DNA of 64,000 bases from the human T2T-CHM13v2.0 reference genome, Homo sapiens, in assembly GCF_009914755.1 (NCBI RefSeq), contig NC_060925.1; one strand, written 5' to 3'. A program made the translations under genes and the position numbers. Below, piece by piece: positions 1 through 20,800 of this stretch (position 1 is the first letter of the stretch; every line of letters begins with the position of its first letter). The notes beneath the pieces were generated by a model. That model had not been told where the DNA came from. It ran no database searches and saw nothing but the letters and a program-made list of their open reading frames with translations.

Positions 1-93
1 TATGCACTATTTGCTAAGGCAGAAAAAGCTATGAGGGCTTTTTTTTTTTTTAAGATTTCCATCAAAAAACAACAACAACAACAACTGTCTTAA

Positions 94-394
94 GGCCGGG
101 TGCGGTGGCTCATGCCTGTAATCCCAGCACTTTGGGAAACCGAGGCAGGTGGACCACTTGAAGCCAAGAGTTGGAGAGCAGCCTGGCCAACATGATGAAA
201 CCCTCATCTCTACTAAAAATACAAAAATTAGCCAGGCATGATGGTGTGCACTTGTAGTCCCAGCTACTCAAGAGGCTGAGGCCCGAGAATCACCCGAACC
301 CAGGAGGTGGAGATTTCAGTGAGCCGAGATCACACCACTGCATTCCATCCTGGGCATCAGAGCAAGATCCTATCTGAAAAAGAAGGAAAAAAAA
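94..394 (+). mobile_element. Alu
   Basis: Full dimer with A-rich tail. Confidence 0.95.
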
Positions 395-414
395 CTGTTT
401 AAAATAACATTTTA

Positions 415-732
<318 letters not shown>

Positions 733-1525
733 TTAGGGTATTTTAAATTGCCCAAAGAATACAATGTGCATGGTTTTGTACAGAGTATTACATTAAGTAT
801 GCACTAAGAGAATAAGGTATACTGTAACATACAGCATACAATTGCATTGGCAGAATTATATCAGATGACAGAAGGGTATTCTGAAATTTGTATTTCAATT
901 GTTCAGTTGCTTTAAAACACTAGGAATTTTATGACAGTTCCAGCTTGCCAGCTCTTCCTGTTTTTTGTTATAATCTTGCTTCTTCTGCAGGTAATTTTTT
1001 TAATCAGTGACTGTTATTTGATTTTTCCCTCTGACCTTCATTAATTCTTCAACATTTTCCTTAATGATATCAAGAAAGCCACCATCACCCACTTTCCTGA
1101 CCATATGAACAATGCATTTCTCTTCTTGGTCAGTGGTCAATTATTCTTAAGATCATTCTCACATTCCTTCTATAGGTTTCACTAAAGTAAAATGATTTGT
1201 TCAAGCCTTATTGCATTCATTATCTATGGGTGGTCAGAATCACCCTCACCTTTAAAGCGTTTTTTTTTTCTTTCTCTCTTTTCCCAAAAAGAAAGTTATA
1301 CATGCATATCATATGCACATTACAATACAGTAGTCCCAAATGTTGCTTTTGACAGTGTCTATAATATACCACATGCAAATAAGAAAGCCTTCGGTATAAA
1401 ATTTCATGGGAAAATATTGTCTTCAAGCATTACTGAAAGTAGGTATCTTACTCTGGCAAAAACCAACAAAGTGTTCAGAAGTAGCAGGATTGAAGAAAAA
1501 AGCTAACAAAATGTTAAATTTTCAG

Positions 1526-1725
1526 ATATGTCTGCCAGTTCCAGGATCTGCAAGCATAAAGGACTACATACACATTATCCAGTCCTTACCTGATGATGAC
1601 CTTCCCGAGGTCTTAGGAATACACCCAGAGGCCATCAGGAGCTGCTGGGAGACCCAGGGCGAAAAGTTTATTGAAAATCTGATTGCCATGCAACCAAAAA
1701 CTACCACTGCCAACCTCATGATCAG
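1526..1725 (+). CDS. DNAH14: Axonemal dynein heavy chain internal exon (AAA-lid/C-terminal region)
   Basis: ttcag|ATATGT acceptor and ATCAG|gtaag donor; peptide DYIHIIQSLPDDDLPEVLGIHPEA resembles the dynein motif YI..LP..D.PE.FGLH.NA; ends phase 2, matching the next exon. Confidence 0.92.
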
Positions 1726-1766
1726 GTAAGAACTCGCTAGGAAAAATTGTTGGTCAAAAATTATCA

Positions 1767-1971
1767 GGCTGGGTCTGGCAGCTCATGCCTGTAATCCCAG
1801 CACCTTGGGAGGCTGAGGTGGACAGATTGCTTGAGCTCAGGAGTTCGAGACCACTCTGAGCAACATGGTGAAACCCTGTCTCTACAAATAATACAAAAAT
1901 TAGCTGAGTGTAGTGGTGAGCACCTGTAGTCCCAGTAACTTGCGAGGCTGAGACCCTGTCTAAAAAAAAAA
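1767..1971 (+). mobile_element. Alu with most of the right arm deleted
   Basis: GAGGCTGAG runs directly into ACCCTGTCT and poly-A. Confidence 0.9.
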
Positions 1972-2888
1972 TTCATTTGAAGAGATATATAGAAAAGTAT
2001 AGTCTACATGGTAAAGAAACTAAATTCTACTTCAATGAGTTCCTTATGTATTTAAGTTCTAATTTTTCAATTTGTACGTCTAACAAATTTTAACACTTTT
2101 AAAAGATATTTGAATGTTTGACCCCATTTATAAGCTTAAACATTTTCAAATATATTAATATTCATTATAAAGTTAATGTACTTCAATTTGTCTTCCAGAC
2201 CTTCTCAAATCTTTGAGTAACTTTTATAAATCTAATAATCAAATAAATATGGTGAATCTTAAATTTTCTTGTTCCCTAATATTTTATATCAATCTAACAA
2301 GATTTCAACCTAAAATCATAAATCAGTTTCTCAATTATCTCTTTTAATTGGGGTCACAAGACTGACCCCAATCTAACACAAGGTATTACGAGGCCCAATT
2401 CTCTTAAACATTACAAATATTTAAGATACCAACATATTATAAGGAAATGCTTTTAATAAACATACTAGATATGCTTATTAATGTCCCTTTGGTCACTTTG
2501 AGAGGCTATAATTATCCCAGTCTTGCTGCCTTTGCTTATTAGAGACTTGTCTGTGGGACTTAATCCAAACATCTATCATATTCAATGTAATTTCCTTAGT
2601 GGTAGCAAATCTTTGCCCTCTGAAGGTAAGCTTGATTTTTGACACCTTTTGACCTTTTGAATTATTTGAAGCTACCTGGGTTGAATTCTAAGGAGAAAAT
2701 CAACTTTACAGTCAAAACAGTGTGATGACAAAGTAAGGAGCCATGTGACCTCAGGCGATCTGTAAACTGGTTTGGAAGCAGCACTGTTGGACTAAATACT
2801 TCTTGGCAGCTTTAAGGTTATTGCTTACCTTGAAGGATAATATTCATTTGACTGTGAAACCTGGAGTGTTTGTTGAAAAATCAGTCCT

Positions 2889-3194
2889 GGCCGGGCGCGG
2901 TGGGCTCACGCCTGTGATGCCAGCACTTTGGGAGGCCGAGGCGGGTGGGTCACGAGGTCAGGAGTTCAAGATCAGCCTGGCCAAGATGGTGAAACCCCGT
3001 CTCTACTAAAAATACAAAAAATTAGCCAGCATGGTGGTGAGCACCTGTAATCCCAGCTACTCGGGAGGCTGAGGCAGAGAATTGCTTGAACCCGGGAGGG
3101 GGAGGTTGCAGTGAGCCAAGATAGCAACACTGTACTCCAGCTGGGGTGACAGTGCAAAACTCCGTCCCAAAAAAAAAAAAAAGAAAAGAAAAAG
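2889..3194 (+). mobile_element. Alu (AluS) with TSD
   Basis: TSD gaaaaatcagtcc on both sides. Confidence 0.95.
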
Positions 3195-3825
3195 AAAAAT
3201 CAGTCCCGGCTAGTAAATAGAGCAGCAGAACTCAAAAGAGATGTGCCCCATTTCCTACTCATCCACTAACTGTCTAAGGAGGTCCTCCCACCTCCTGGGG
3301 CCCTGGTTTCATCATCTTTAAAAGGATTCCAAAGAGCTCTTCCAGCTCTAGTGTTTAGTGGTTTTGCATAGTATCGCAGCCTCACCTAGGCCTGGACACG
3401 CGCTCCTCCTGTCACCACCCGCGGAGTGTGTGATTAAGAAGCCCTTCGTGTCAACACAGGAATGAGGCAAGCAGTGGAATGTTCCATGCGGCTGCTTCAG
3501 CGTGCTCTGTTTAGTTGCCTCCTCTTTTTCATTGTCTTGCAGATGCATGCAGATGATTATTTTACAAAGAAATCCTAAAAAAGCTTTTATAATACATATT
3601 TCCTTGCAAATGTCTAAAGTACATTGGACAGTTTCTCATCTACAAAATGAAATGAATTCCATGGTCTCTGTAAGATCATCCATAGCATAATTTTGTGGTT
3701 CTGTGAAGATACATTTATCTTCAGACGGAACTTAAGCAGAGGACCCTCTAACATTAGATAGATCTGTAGCTTGTTTTTCTCTTGAATTCTTTTATTTTAT
3801 TTTCCTTTCCTTTTCTTTTTTTAAA

Positions 3826-4114
<289 letters not shown>

Positions 4115-4119
4115 AATTT

Positions 4120-4405
4120 TTATTTTTTTAATTGACATAATAATTGTACATATTTCTGAGGTACATAGTAATGTTTCAATACATACAATGTATAGTGATC
4201 AGATCAGGGCAATTCATATGTCCATCATCTCAAACATTTATCCTTTGTGTTGGGAACTTTCAGTATCCTCTCTTCTAGCTATTTGAAGATGTATAATCTA
4301 TTTTTGTTACCTATACTCATCCTACAGTGGTATAGAACACTAAACATATTCCTCCTGTCTACCAGTAATCTTGAATCCTTTAACAAATCTCTCCCCATCT
4401 CCCCA
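4120..4405 (-). mobile_element. L1MA-type 3' end fragment
   Basis: aattgacataataattgtacatatt...tccatcatctcaaacatt; closely similar to the copy at about 32195-32600. Confidence 0.75.
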
Positions 4406-4448
4406 CTTCCTGTTCTGTGTCTCATTCTTCTCTTGGTTTTTTTTGCAG

Positions 4449-4612
4449 ACCTGAGCAGAGTAAGGATGAACTGGTGATGGAAATTCTATCCGACTTGCTA
4501 AAGCGGCTGCCACTGACAGTGGAGAAAGAAGAAATTGCTGTTGGAACTCCAAGCACATTGAAGAGCATGATGTCAAGCTCCATTTGGGAGTCTCTTTCTA
4601 AAAATCTCAAAG
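4449..4612 (+). CDS. DNAH14: Dynein heavy chain internal exon
   Basis: ttttgcag|AC...AAAG|gtgag; phase 2 to 1; PEQSKDELVMEILSDLLKRLP. Confidence 0.9.
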
Positions 4613-5206
4613 GTGAGCATGGGACAGGAGCTTTTTCCCCTTACCTCACTCTCCTCAAGAAAGGACTCTGGTGTCAGGAGTAAGGTAAAGATAAGACAAA
4701 AATTCTGTAGAAGTGAAAATACTGAGATAAGATGGAAAACTCAGTCTCTGCCTCCTCTCTCCAAGTTGAAAGACAGAGAGCACAGAAGAAAATCACGCTT
4801 TAGTTTGGGGGTGGGTAGCGTGTGGCACTGAAATCAAAAGTGAAGAAATAACAAGTGTAGCAAACTAGAAAGCAGCAACTCTGCTTTGGAGATTGTCAAG
4901 AGTTCCAGGTGCCTGTTCTCTCTGCCTCTCTGCCTTCTGGAACAGCGGAAGTTTAGATGGACCTTCTGCTGAAAGACCACTTGACTCCAAGAAGCTAAGG
5001 GGAATCAGGGCAGGCCCAGGAAGACAGAGGAAGCCTGATTGCCCAGAGATGACTCCAAACCCAGCTCTAAGTGGCTAAATTGCTAGACTATGATAATTTT
5101 CCCAGTTAAATTTTAATACCCATATTTTATCCCTTTGCAGAAGTTTATTTGGGAACCAAATATTGAGCAATAGTTTATCAAAACAGTGTCATTGTTGAGT
5201 CTCAAT

Positions 5207-5566
5207 CAAAGGTCAGCAAATTAGGGCTCGCAGGCCAAATCCAGCCCACCATTTGTTTTTGTACAGCCTGTGAACTAAAATGGCTTTTGCATTTTTTAAT
5301 GGTTAAAAAAAATCAAAAGAAGGAATATAGTTTGTGACACATAAATGTTATATGAAACTCCAATTTGAGTGCCATAAGTAAAGCTTTACTGGAACACAGC
5401 CACACTTACTCATGACATATTGTCTATGCATCCACACATAGTAGATAGTGTGGCCGCACCCACACTACAAGGGGAGAGCTGAGTAGCTTTCACAGAGGTG
5501 GTGTGGTCCCCATACCCTAAAATGTTTGCTATCTGACCTTCTACAGAAAATGTTTATCAACCCCTG
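5207..5566. mobile_element. MER58-like hAT-Charlie DNA transposon
   Basis: Degenerate termini caaaggtcagcaaa / tttatcaacccctg; internal ggccaaatccagccc and ctggaacacagccac. Confidence 0.75.
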
Positions 5567-5672
5567 GTCAAGACACACAAAATTCCCTTAACTTTCAAAG
5601 CCTAAGTCCCTCCATGTAAAGCCTCTTTTTAATCTGTAAAATATCAAAATTTTATTTCTTTTTAAAATCCAG

Positions 5673-5869
5673 ATCACGACCCCCTTATCCATTGTGTCTT
5701 GCTAACCTTTTTGAAGCAAGAAATTAAACGATTTGATAAGTTATTATTTGTCATACATAAATCCTTAAAAGATCTTCAGCTTGCTATAAAAGGAGAGATC
5801 ATCCTCACCCAAGAATTGGAGGAAATATTTAACTCTTTTCTTAATATGAGAGTGCCTACATTGTGGCAG
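5673..5869 (+). CDS. DNAH14: Dynein heavy chain internal exon (C-terminal domain)
   Basis: ccag|AT...TGGCAG|gtaag; phase 1 to 0; FLKQEIKRFDKLL...SLKDLQLAIKGEI...VPTLW matches dynein L.QE..RFN.LL...SL..L..A.KG...VP..W. Confidence 0.95.
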
Positions 5870-6429
5870 GTAAGCAATTATTATTATTTCCTATTTTCTT
5901 GCTTGCTTGAAATAAATGTCCAAGTTCAAGGGAATGGTGAAGGTAAATGGTGCATCTGTGTGATGAAATATGTAACTCTTAAAAGATGCTGACGTACTTT
6001 TTCATATTTTCACATCTCTGAAGTTGGAATGCCTCTTAACAGTCACTGTTAGCCAGGCAGCACCATCACTTAGTTCTCACTATCTGTGTATGTGAACTAT
6101 GTATCATGGCAGTTCATGTCAAAGTAGGTGCACTCTTGGTATTACTATAAGTGTTGAGTTTAATTGCTTTTAAAATAAAAACAAAGCTAAACAAGATGAT
6201 GAAGAAATTACTGGGTCATGGTCTTAAACAGAAGACCAAATTGTAAAAACACAAAATGTATTAGACCAGGAATAAAATAAGCCATGGAAGATCTGGCAGC
6301 ACAGAGTAGGAAATTAACAAGCTTGATGTTGGACACAAACACTATTTCTCCAGAAATGAACTTCTCCCCTTAGGATTAGCACTGGCCTTTTCCAGAACCC
6401 TGAATCCTATACCAGATTGAAAACCTGTG

Positions 6430-7512
<1,083 letters not shown>

Positions 7513-7619
7513 AACCTAGGTAGAAAACATGAAGACAGACGAGAGGAAATAATAACAATTATAATTCCTTAAAATTGAATACAAGCTGTGATGAAAAATT
7601 GAGATGTGGAGACACATCC

Positions 7620-7760
7620 GAATCACAGGACTTCAGAGCTCGAAAGGATCTTAGGGAACCCCCACTCCAATGACCTTATTTTACAGATATGGAAACTAAA
7701 AAGCAGAGAGGCCTTATTACATTCTTAGCAAGCCCCGTGGTGAAACAGCTAGGACTCCAC
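7620..7760 (-). mobile_element. MIR fragment
   Basis: attttacagatatggaaact core. Confidence 0.55.
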
Positions 7761-7849
7761 ACGTGCAAAGTTAGGCTGAAAGAACAATGATGAGTTGGTA
7801 CACTGTAAGTACAGTCACATGTGGCTGAGACCATTGCTCACTTGACAGA

Positions 7850-11700
<3,851 letters not shown>

Positions 11701-12668
11701 GAAAAGCAATGGGACAAGAGCACGGGCTGCAAAGCGAGCGCTTGGTGTCATCAGCCTAGACAGAGCCATGGATTAAATCTGGGAGAGGGAATATAAAGTA
11801 GCAAGAGAAGAGGGCTGAAGGGATTCCAGGCAACACCAGCCTCAAGGGAGGGAAGAAGAGGTGCCAATGAATGAGACCTAAAAACAAGTAGTTGGAGAAT
11901 TCAAGAGAAAGCCAGGATGGAGTCTAGTCACAGAAGCCTAGGGGAGAAAGCAGGAGGAAGTAATGAGCGCCGTCAAAAGCTGCAGAGGATACAGGTGCAG
12001 GGAGTGAGGCTTGAGTATGGAAAATAGAAGGTCGCTTGTGATTTCTAATGAAGACTCCAGAAGAGGGGACAGTAAACAAAAGGAGAAAGGGGCTAGAGGG
12101 CTGCAAGGGTCTCCTCCTCCCCACTTGCAACAAACAGGTAGGATTGAGTGTTGGGTGGTTTGTGCAGTTAAGATGGAAGGGAGCGTTAATAAACAGGGCT
12201 GGAGAATGGAAAGCTGAATCCACAAGGGGCAGGGGCAGGGGCAGCTGGGCTCAGAACTGGAAGGCAAAGGTAGGTAAGGGAGTAGACAGTGGGTGGCATT
12301 TATAGAACTTTGTATAGGGGAAGGTCAGGAAGCTGAAATTGCTCACACCTAATAGCATGTGAAGGTAATCTCCCCAGAGAGGAGGAAAGGAGGTGAGGAA
12401 ATGAAAAGATTTGAGAAGAGTGATAAAAGCCTTCAGCCAGGATGGAAGCTTCCAAGCGTTTTATCCAAAGCACTGTTAAGATAATGTTGTTTTGCCCTGG
12501 TAATAAGGTTTAGACTTTTCATTATATGCTTTCAGTTGGAAAAGGACATCCTCCTGCCAAGTTATTTCTCCCTGGCAATTGAGTCTATTACCAAGGTTTG
12601 CAGAAATGTTCCTAATGACCCCAAAGACAAAGAAAAAAAATGATGTGACTGTCTTTAAATCCCAACAG

Positions 12669-12781
12669 AAACACGCCTACAGATCTTGTAAGCCACTGAG
12701 TTCCTGGATTGATGATCTCATCCAGCGACTGAATTTCTTCAATACTTGGGCCAAAGTGGCTTATACTGCAATACAGCGTCG
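12669..12781 (+). CDS. DNAH14: Dynein heavy chain internal exon
   Basis: aacag|AAA...CGTCG|gtatg; phase 0 to 2; AYRSCKPLSSWIDDLIQRLNFFNTW matches Y.S.KPL.SW..DL..R..F...W. Confidence 0.95.
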
Positions 12782-13061
12782 GTATGGATAAAAGATGCTT
12801 TACATTTCTTCCTCATTTTTGCTTAAAGCCCAAAGGTTTATGACATCATTTCCCATGCTTGGTCTCCTTGGGTTCTCACAGTAATGTGTGAATTAAGCAA
12901 GGGAGGGATTCTTATCTTCTGTTTGAGCTGAGAAAGTGGGGACCTAAGATGCTGAGTCCTGAGTAAGCTCCCTCCACTCCAAGAGACAGTTATGACTACA
13001 ACATAGTACATTTCTCTTTCCTAAGAAATGCACAGGGTGAAATGTGAAAGGAAATAATTAG

Positions 13062-13348
<287 letters not shown>

Positions 13349-13429
13349 ACATGTAATTTTTAAATGTGTTTTTAGTTATAATAAAAATAGCTGGAGAAGC
13401 GTTAGAGTAGCAACATCTAGCAAGTGCCT

Positions 13430-13665
13430 CACAGGATGTGGAGCATTTCTCTAGGAGCTTTACTCACAGAAGCCCACTCAGTTCTCACAGCAGCCCTGTG
13501 ATGTGAAGTAGGTGCTATCATTATCATCATCCCCATTTTAGAGATGAGGAAACTGAGTCCAAGGACATGAAGTGCCCAAGGCTTCACAACTAGAATATGG
13601 AAGTATTGAGATTCAAACCCAGAACTGGTTCCAAAGTCTGTGCCAGGCTGCTTCCTATACCATTT
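13430..13665 (-). mobile_element. MIR
   Basis: ccccattttagagatgaggaaactgag core. Confidence 0.8.
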
Positions 13666-14024
13666 AACTATAAGTGTAGCAACAGCACTGCAGACATCTG
13701 ACCCACATTTCTTTATATCCTTTGGGAGAAGTCTGTGCCTCAAAAACAACGGACAAGATTCTGCGAGGCGCAGGCAGGATTCCCACTATAATAATGACAT
13801 CTGTTGTTACCCAAATCTGTTACCTTCCAGCCTTTGTGGTCCCCTTTTCCCTCATGAGCTTAAAACCATAGCTGGCTTCCATTCAAGGGCCTGATAAGAG
13901 TCCTGCATTGGGGGAATCGAAATGAAAAGTAAAAGAAGGGCCCTGGGAGGAAATGGCCCACATCACCCAAAGGTGTGCAATTATTATGCCCTTAACCCCC
14001 AACCTGTGGTCTGCCTTCCACTAG

Positions 14025-14164
14025 GTATATGAGATTTGTCACAGTTTGGAAGCAGTCTATTCCATCAACTAGCCAAAAATGCAAACACCCTGAGGATTCA
14101 GAGAACAATTTCTTTGAAGGGTTTCCTTCAAGATACTGGCTCCCAGCTTTCTTCTTTCCACAAG
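14025..14164 (+). CDS. DNAH14: Dynein heavy chain internal exon (absent from the ORF track in this frame)
   Basis: ccactag|G TAT ATG...CCA CAA G|gtgag; phase 2 to 1; ends GFPSRYWLPAFFFPQ (dynein P..FWL.GFFFPQ). Confidence 0.93.
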
Positions 14165-14699
14165 GTGAGCATTAGAACCAAGGTCAGCTCCAGACCTGGC
14201 CCAGGCAAGTTTGCACTCAGTCCTTCTGTCACTCACCCTTTCCTCCTCCCCTTTAGGATGACAACACCTGCGCCTCCACAGGTGCCTGGGTCTCTAGTGT
14301 GCACCAGAGCAGTCTCTTCTCCCTCCCAACCCACTTCCTTCCCTCACCCCAACCTCCTCACATGCCAAATCCACCCACCCCTATCAGATTTCACCTGCGC
14401 CTTGGCAGGTCACTGTATCATCTCTCTGCCATTGCTTCTATGATGTCAAAGGTCAACATTAGCACCCAGCTCCTCCAAAGGCCGTGACAAAGGGGTGGAG
14501 ACGGGCAACTTCACAAGATTGACTCTGAGCTTCAGCCATTCATTCATTTATTTCTGTAACAAGACTTGATGACTGAATGCTGGAACCTAGGCCTTACCTG
14601 CTCAACATAAACGTCCAGCAGCGAAGGCAGACATGAACCGGAGTGCATTCCAACGATGCGTGGTCGTGGGGTGGAAAGAGAGTTGTAAAGGGGTGACGC

Positions 14700-14828
14700 T
14701 GGGCTGTGAGCTCTATGAAGGCAAGAACCAGGTCTGTTTTAACTTCTGTGGTGTCCCTAGCACCTGATACAGGCCCCAGCACACACACACAAAAAGCTCT
14801 CAATAAATATTTGAAGAATGAATGAATG
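14700..14828 (+). mobile_element. L2 3' end
   Basis: ctgtgagctc...ctcaataaatatttgaagaatgaatgaat. Confidence 0.75.
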
Positions 14829-14999
14829 GCATTCTGAATAGAATATATGAATGGATCAGTACTTGTGGAGCATAAAACAGGGGGACCTTCACTAAGAACC
14901 AGGCAAGCCCGCTAAGGAAATAACATCTAGGATGTCTTGAAGCTTGCTACCAATTAAGTATTATCCAGGTGCGGACAGGGGAAGAAGAGAATAATTCGT

Positions 15000-15200
15000 G
15001 GAGCTTACATGGTACTTACTGGGTGCCATGCAGTGTTCTGAGGATTTTATATAAATTAAGTCATTTAAGTCTCATGACAATCTTATGAGGTTGTTCCTGT
15101 AACTATCCCTGTTTGCAGAGAGAAAACCTTAGCACAGAGAAGTTAAGAAATTTGCCCCAAGTCATATCACTAGCAAAAAGTTGAGAGTCTCATCCAAGGT
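15000..15200 (-). mobile_element. MIR
   Basis: gcacagagaagttaagaaatttgccccaagtcat. Confidence 0.65.
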
Positions 15201-15540
15201 CACTTCACTACTAAGTGGAATGATTCTGGGGGTGGGGGGAAACTAATAGGTGACTGAGTCAAGATTTGAACTCAGCCTGACTTAAAAAGTTGAGTGTTTC
15301 AATGACTGGACTAAGCGGGGACAGCATTCTTACTAGAGAAAACACCTTTCACACTAGGAGAAACCAAATGTTCATTATGGCCAAAACAAAAGACCCCAAA
15401 AGGGAGAATGATGCCGCTGCAAAGTTGGGCACGGCTGGCCCCCAGGGCTGTGTAAGACACACTGAGGGAGCTGACTCCATCCTGTGGCAGCAGAAACCAC
15501 TGAAGTGTTCCAGGCCAGAGAGGTCATGATCCAGCAGCTA

Positions 15541-15984
<444 letters not shown>

Positions 15985-16581
15985 TCACTGAAATACGGAG
16001 CACAGGGAGAGGAGCAGGCTGATGGGGATCATAATGACAGGCATGGTGAGTTCGAGATGTTCTCATTTTTTTCCTACTGCACATAGCCTTTCTCCATGCA
16101 CCCAGGGGGAAACATGGCCACAAGCACCTCAGCAACCCTAGAGGCAACAGAGCCTTCCTTTTCTCAGTGTCCATATGTCATTTCTTGAGGAAGACTCTGA
16201 CACACTTGGTCTTGTACTTGCCCCTGGGTCCCATCTTTGTTGCCGAGAGGATGAGGCATGATCATCGGCCAAGATTGGCTCAGAAATGGAGAGGGTCTCA
16301 GAATTGACAGCCCCTCTATCCCCACAACGAATACAGGAGGGGTGCTGGCCTTGAAAAACAACCCACATTCACCAGGAGGCTCCTGCAGCTGGCCAGACCA
16401 AAGTCACCAAGGCCTGAGAGGGTGGGTGAACTGGTCCTCTGCTCCCGCCCAGCCCATCTCTTTTGTTCTCTCTTTTTCCTCCACTCTTCCCTTTCTTCTC
16501 CATGAGACATCATTGTTGCTAACCCCAGCAGGAGGCCCTGAGACTCACAAGGAACTTGATGGTGTGTGTTCTTCTCCAAAG

Positions 16582-16742
16582 CCTTTCTTGCTGCTGTGCT
16601 TCAAGACTATGGGAGGTCCCGAGGAATCGCTGTGGATGCCCTCACCTTCACCCACCATGTGATTTCCAACACCACTGACAAGGATGAGAAGTTCTCCGTA
16701 TTTATGCCAAAGAAACTCAACATAGTCAGGAGAGCGTTTAAG
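16582..16742 (+). CDS. DNAH14: Dynein heavy chain internal exon
   Basis: ctccaaag|CC...TTTAAG|gtact; phase 1 to 0; AFLAAVLQDYGRSRGIAVDALTF continues the FPQAFL motif. Confidence 0.94.
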
Positions 16743-17558
16743 GTACTGGAATACTTCAAGGATTAGAAACGGTGATCATTCATTCATTCATTTATTCATT
16801 CAATCAATTGTGCCCTTTACAAACCTTTACTCAGCACTTACCACATGCCAGGCACTAGACAGGCAGATCAACAAGCCCTGCTTCAAGTCCAAATGCCCTC
16901 AGACTTCATGTCTTCCACTCTCTTTCTGGGGGGGATAAAAGATCATAAATCATGAATAAAAGATTTAAGTCAATGTAATCAACAGACTTTCTAAGTATCC
17001 CCTATTATAAATGAAGACAGAATGCTGCTGAGGTCAGCATCAAAAGGTGATATTTTAAATCAGTGGGCAAACCTGTCCTAGCTGCTCATGGCCGAAATTC
17101 CTGCCCCCAGCAACCGACTTATTCCAGAGCTCAGCCAGGTGCTAAGTGGAAACCTACACCTACCCAGACCTCAGCGGTGCAGTGAGGGGGACCCATGGAG
17201 GCAGCTTGGGCTGAAGCAGAGCACAGAGCACCAGCCAGCCAGGTGCACCGTGCACCCCAGCCCTGCCACTCCCACGCCACTGTCCCCACTGATTTGAAGG
17301 GCCACAGCTGTCATTTTCTAAATTCCAATTTGTTCTGGGAATCTATTTTTCTGCTCCAGGACTAATGCTGGGGAGGAAGGGGAGACAGGGTTGGGAGACA
17401 TTGGTTTAAAGATTTGAAAAAACAAAAAGAATGTGAAAGGATGCTCAATATCTTTAGTCAGAGAAATGCAAATCAAAATGATAATGAAATACCATTTTAC
17501 ACCCACTAGGTTGGCTATAACCAAAAGAATTGAAAAAATAGTAATAAATAAATAAGTA

Positions 17559-17907
17559 CAATCATGTACCACTTAACGATGGGGATACATTCTGAGAAAT
17601 GCATCGTTAAGAGTGTACTTCCACAAACCTACACGGCATAGCCTACTGCTTACCTAGGCTAAATGGGATAGCCTATTGCTGCCAGGCTACAGACCTGTAC
17701 AGCATGTTACTGTATTGAACACTGCAGGCAGTGTAACACAATGGTAATTTGTGTACCCAAACACATCTATACATAGAAATGCATGGATGCATTCCTCTAC
17801 ATCATCGCTAGGTGATAGGAATTTTTCAGCTCCATCATAATCTTATAGGACCAGCTTGGTATATGTGGTCTGTCATTGGCACAAATGTTGTTATGGAGCT
17901 CATGATT
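17559..17907. mobile_element. Tigger3/MER7-type DNA transposon derivative
   Basis: ggggatacattctgagaaatgc; cctgtacagcatgttactgta; ataatcttataggacca terminus. Confidence 0.75.
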
Positions 17908-18077
17908 AAATACACTGAGGGTCATACATGGCCATATGTTTAGTTTTGGTGTAGATACTGCCAAATGGTTTTTCAATGTGGTTGTACCAATCCACAGGCC
18001 CACCAGTAATGTAGAAGATTGCTCCACATCCCTGCCAACACTCGGTATTTTTAGTGTTTTAGTTTTAGTCATTCTAG

Positions 18078-18409
<332 letters not shown>

Positions 18410-18851
18410 ACAGCGATGTTATCTTTATGATTTTAAATTGCATTTCCTTGATGATTAATTAAGGTGGGCACCTTTTAAAATGATTATTGATATTTGGATT
18501 TCCTCTTTTGTGAAGATTCTGTTCAAGACTGTGGACTGTTTTTGTCGTATTGATTTATAGAAGTTCTTGTGTATTCTGAATATAAGCTGTCAGGTACATG
18601 TATTGAAAGCATCTTCTCCCAGTGTGTGACTTTCCAAATCACTTTCTTAATGGTGTCTTTTGATGAACAAAAATTTTTTTGTTTTAACAAAGTCCAGTGT
18701 ATCCATCTTTTATTTAGGGTTAATGCTTTTTTATGTTCTGTTTAAGAAATCTTTGCCTACCCTAAACTAAGTTCATGAAAATATTCTCCTGTTATCTTCT
18801 AGAAACTATATTGCTTTACCTTTCATTTTCTATGATCTATATATAATTGAA

Positions 18852-19235
<384 letters not shown>

Positions 19236-19602
19236 TCATTGAAATGGCCCTTTCCCTACTTCAACTTTGTCATAGATCAAATAATTCTACATGCCTGGGC
19301 CTGTTTCTATTGAAATAATCAGATAGTTTTTATCCTTTATCTCATTAACATGGTGGAGTACATAGAACTATCTGGAGTGTAGTTGGTTATAAGGTATGAT
19401 TCCTATATTAGGAATTTTTTAATGAAGAATGGAAGCTAAATGTGATGAGAGAGCTTTTCAGGGTTTATGGAGATTATCACATAATTTATCACTTTTATCA
19501 ATATGATTTATTAAAAGATCCTAAGGTTGAATCATCTTAATTGTAATATTTTATTCAAGATTTTTGTATCAATATTTTATTTGATATTATTCTGTAGGAT
19601 TA

Positions 19603-19900
<298 letters not shown>

Positions 19901-20639
19901 TTATTCTGTAGGATGGGGCGGGGGGCTTGGAGAGGGTGATGTTTTTAGTTTTTATTGTGCATATTATTGACGGTGGTTTCCTTATTCTAATCCTATCTGC
20001 CTTCTGTCTTTAGGGTTCTCACAGTTTCTGGTCCACTGGGGATACTTCTTGTTTTCCGGTGCTTTCATAGTTGCATTCTGGGATTTGGAGTGGGAGGAGG
20101 TGGTGGACACTCATGCTGTTTGGCCTCTGGGTCCTGGTCTTCCTCTCCTCAGCACTCATCAGACTGCACTAAGATGATTCCGAGACTACCCAGAATTAGT
20201 GAACGTTAGGAACATGTCAGAAGAAGGATGGAACTGGGAGAGTTTGTCCTACAAGGCAAAAGACTCTGAGGAGAAAAAGAAATATTGAAAAGGGTGATAC
20301 ATGAAGAACTAGACTCTAATTCTGCTAGAACTCCAACCAGGGGGACCTCCAAGGGGAAGACACATGCAGTTGATCTAAATTGATGATGATGGTGGCGTGT
20401 CCTTTTATAGACAGGGAGTTCCCTGTCACTGGAGCTTTAGGAGAAATCAGGTGACTGCTTGGCAAGAGTATTGACGTGGAAGAAAGCTCAGGTTCAGATG
20501 TGTTTTCGACTGGAGGTTTATCCAACTGTTTATTTAAAATATGGGTCCAAAACTGCTCTGGCTGTTGGAAATATCGAGATGAACAACGTAAGGCCTCTGC
20601 CCTCTAGAAGATCCCAATCTACCTGATAATGATGGCACT

Positions 20640-20800
20640 GATGCTTGCTAGCCAACACTGACTAAGTACTATGTGCTAAGCTCTTTACCTGCATTATTTA
20701 ATCCTCACAAATTAGCCTCATTCTGTAGGTCAGGAAACTAAGGTTCAAAGAGGCAGATCATAAGCTTTGAACCCACCAAGTCTAGCTGACTCTACACCCA
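20640..20800 (-). mobile_element. MIR
   Basis: ttatttaatcctcacaa...ggaaactaaggttcaaagagg. Confidence 0.6.
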
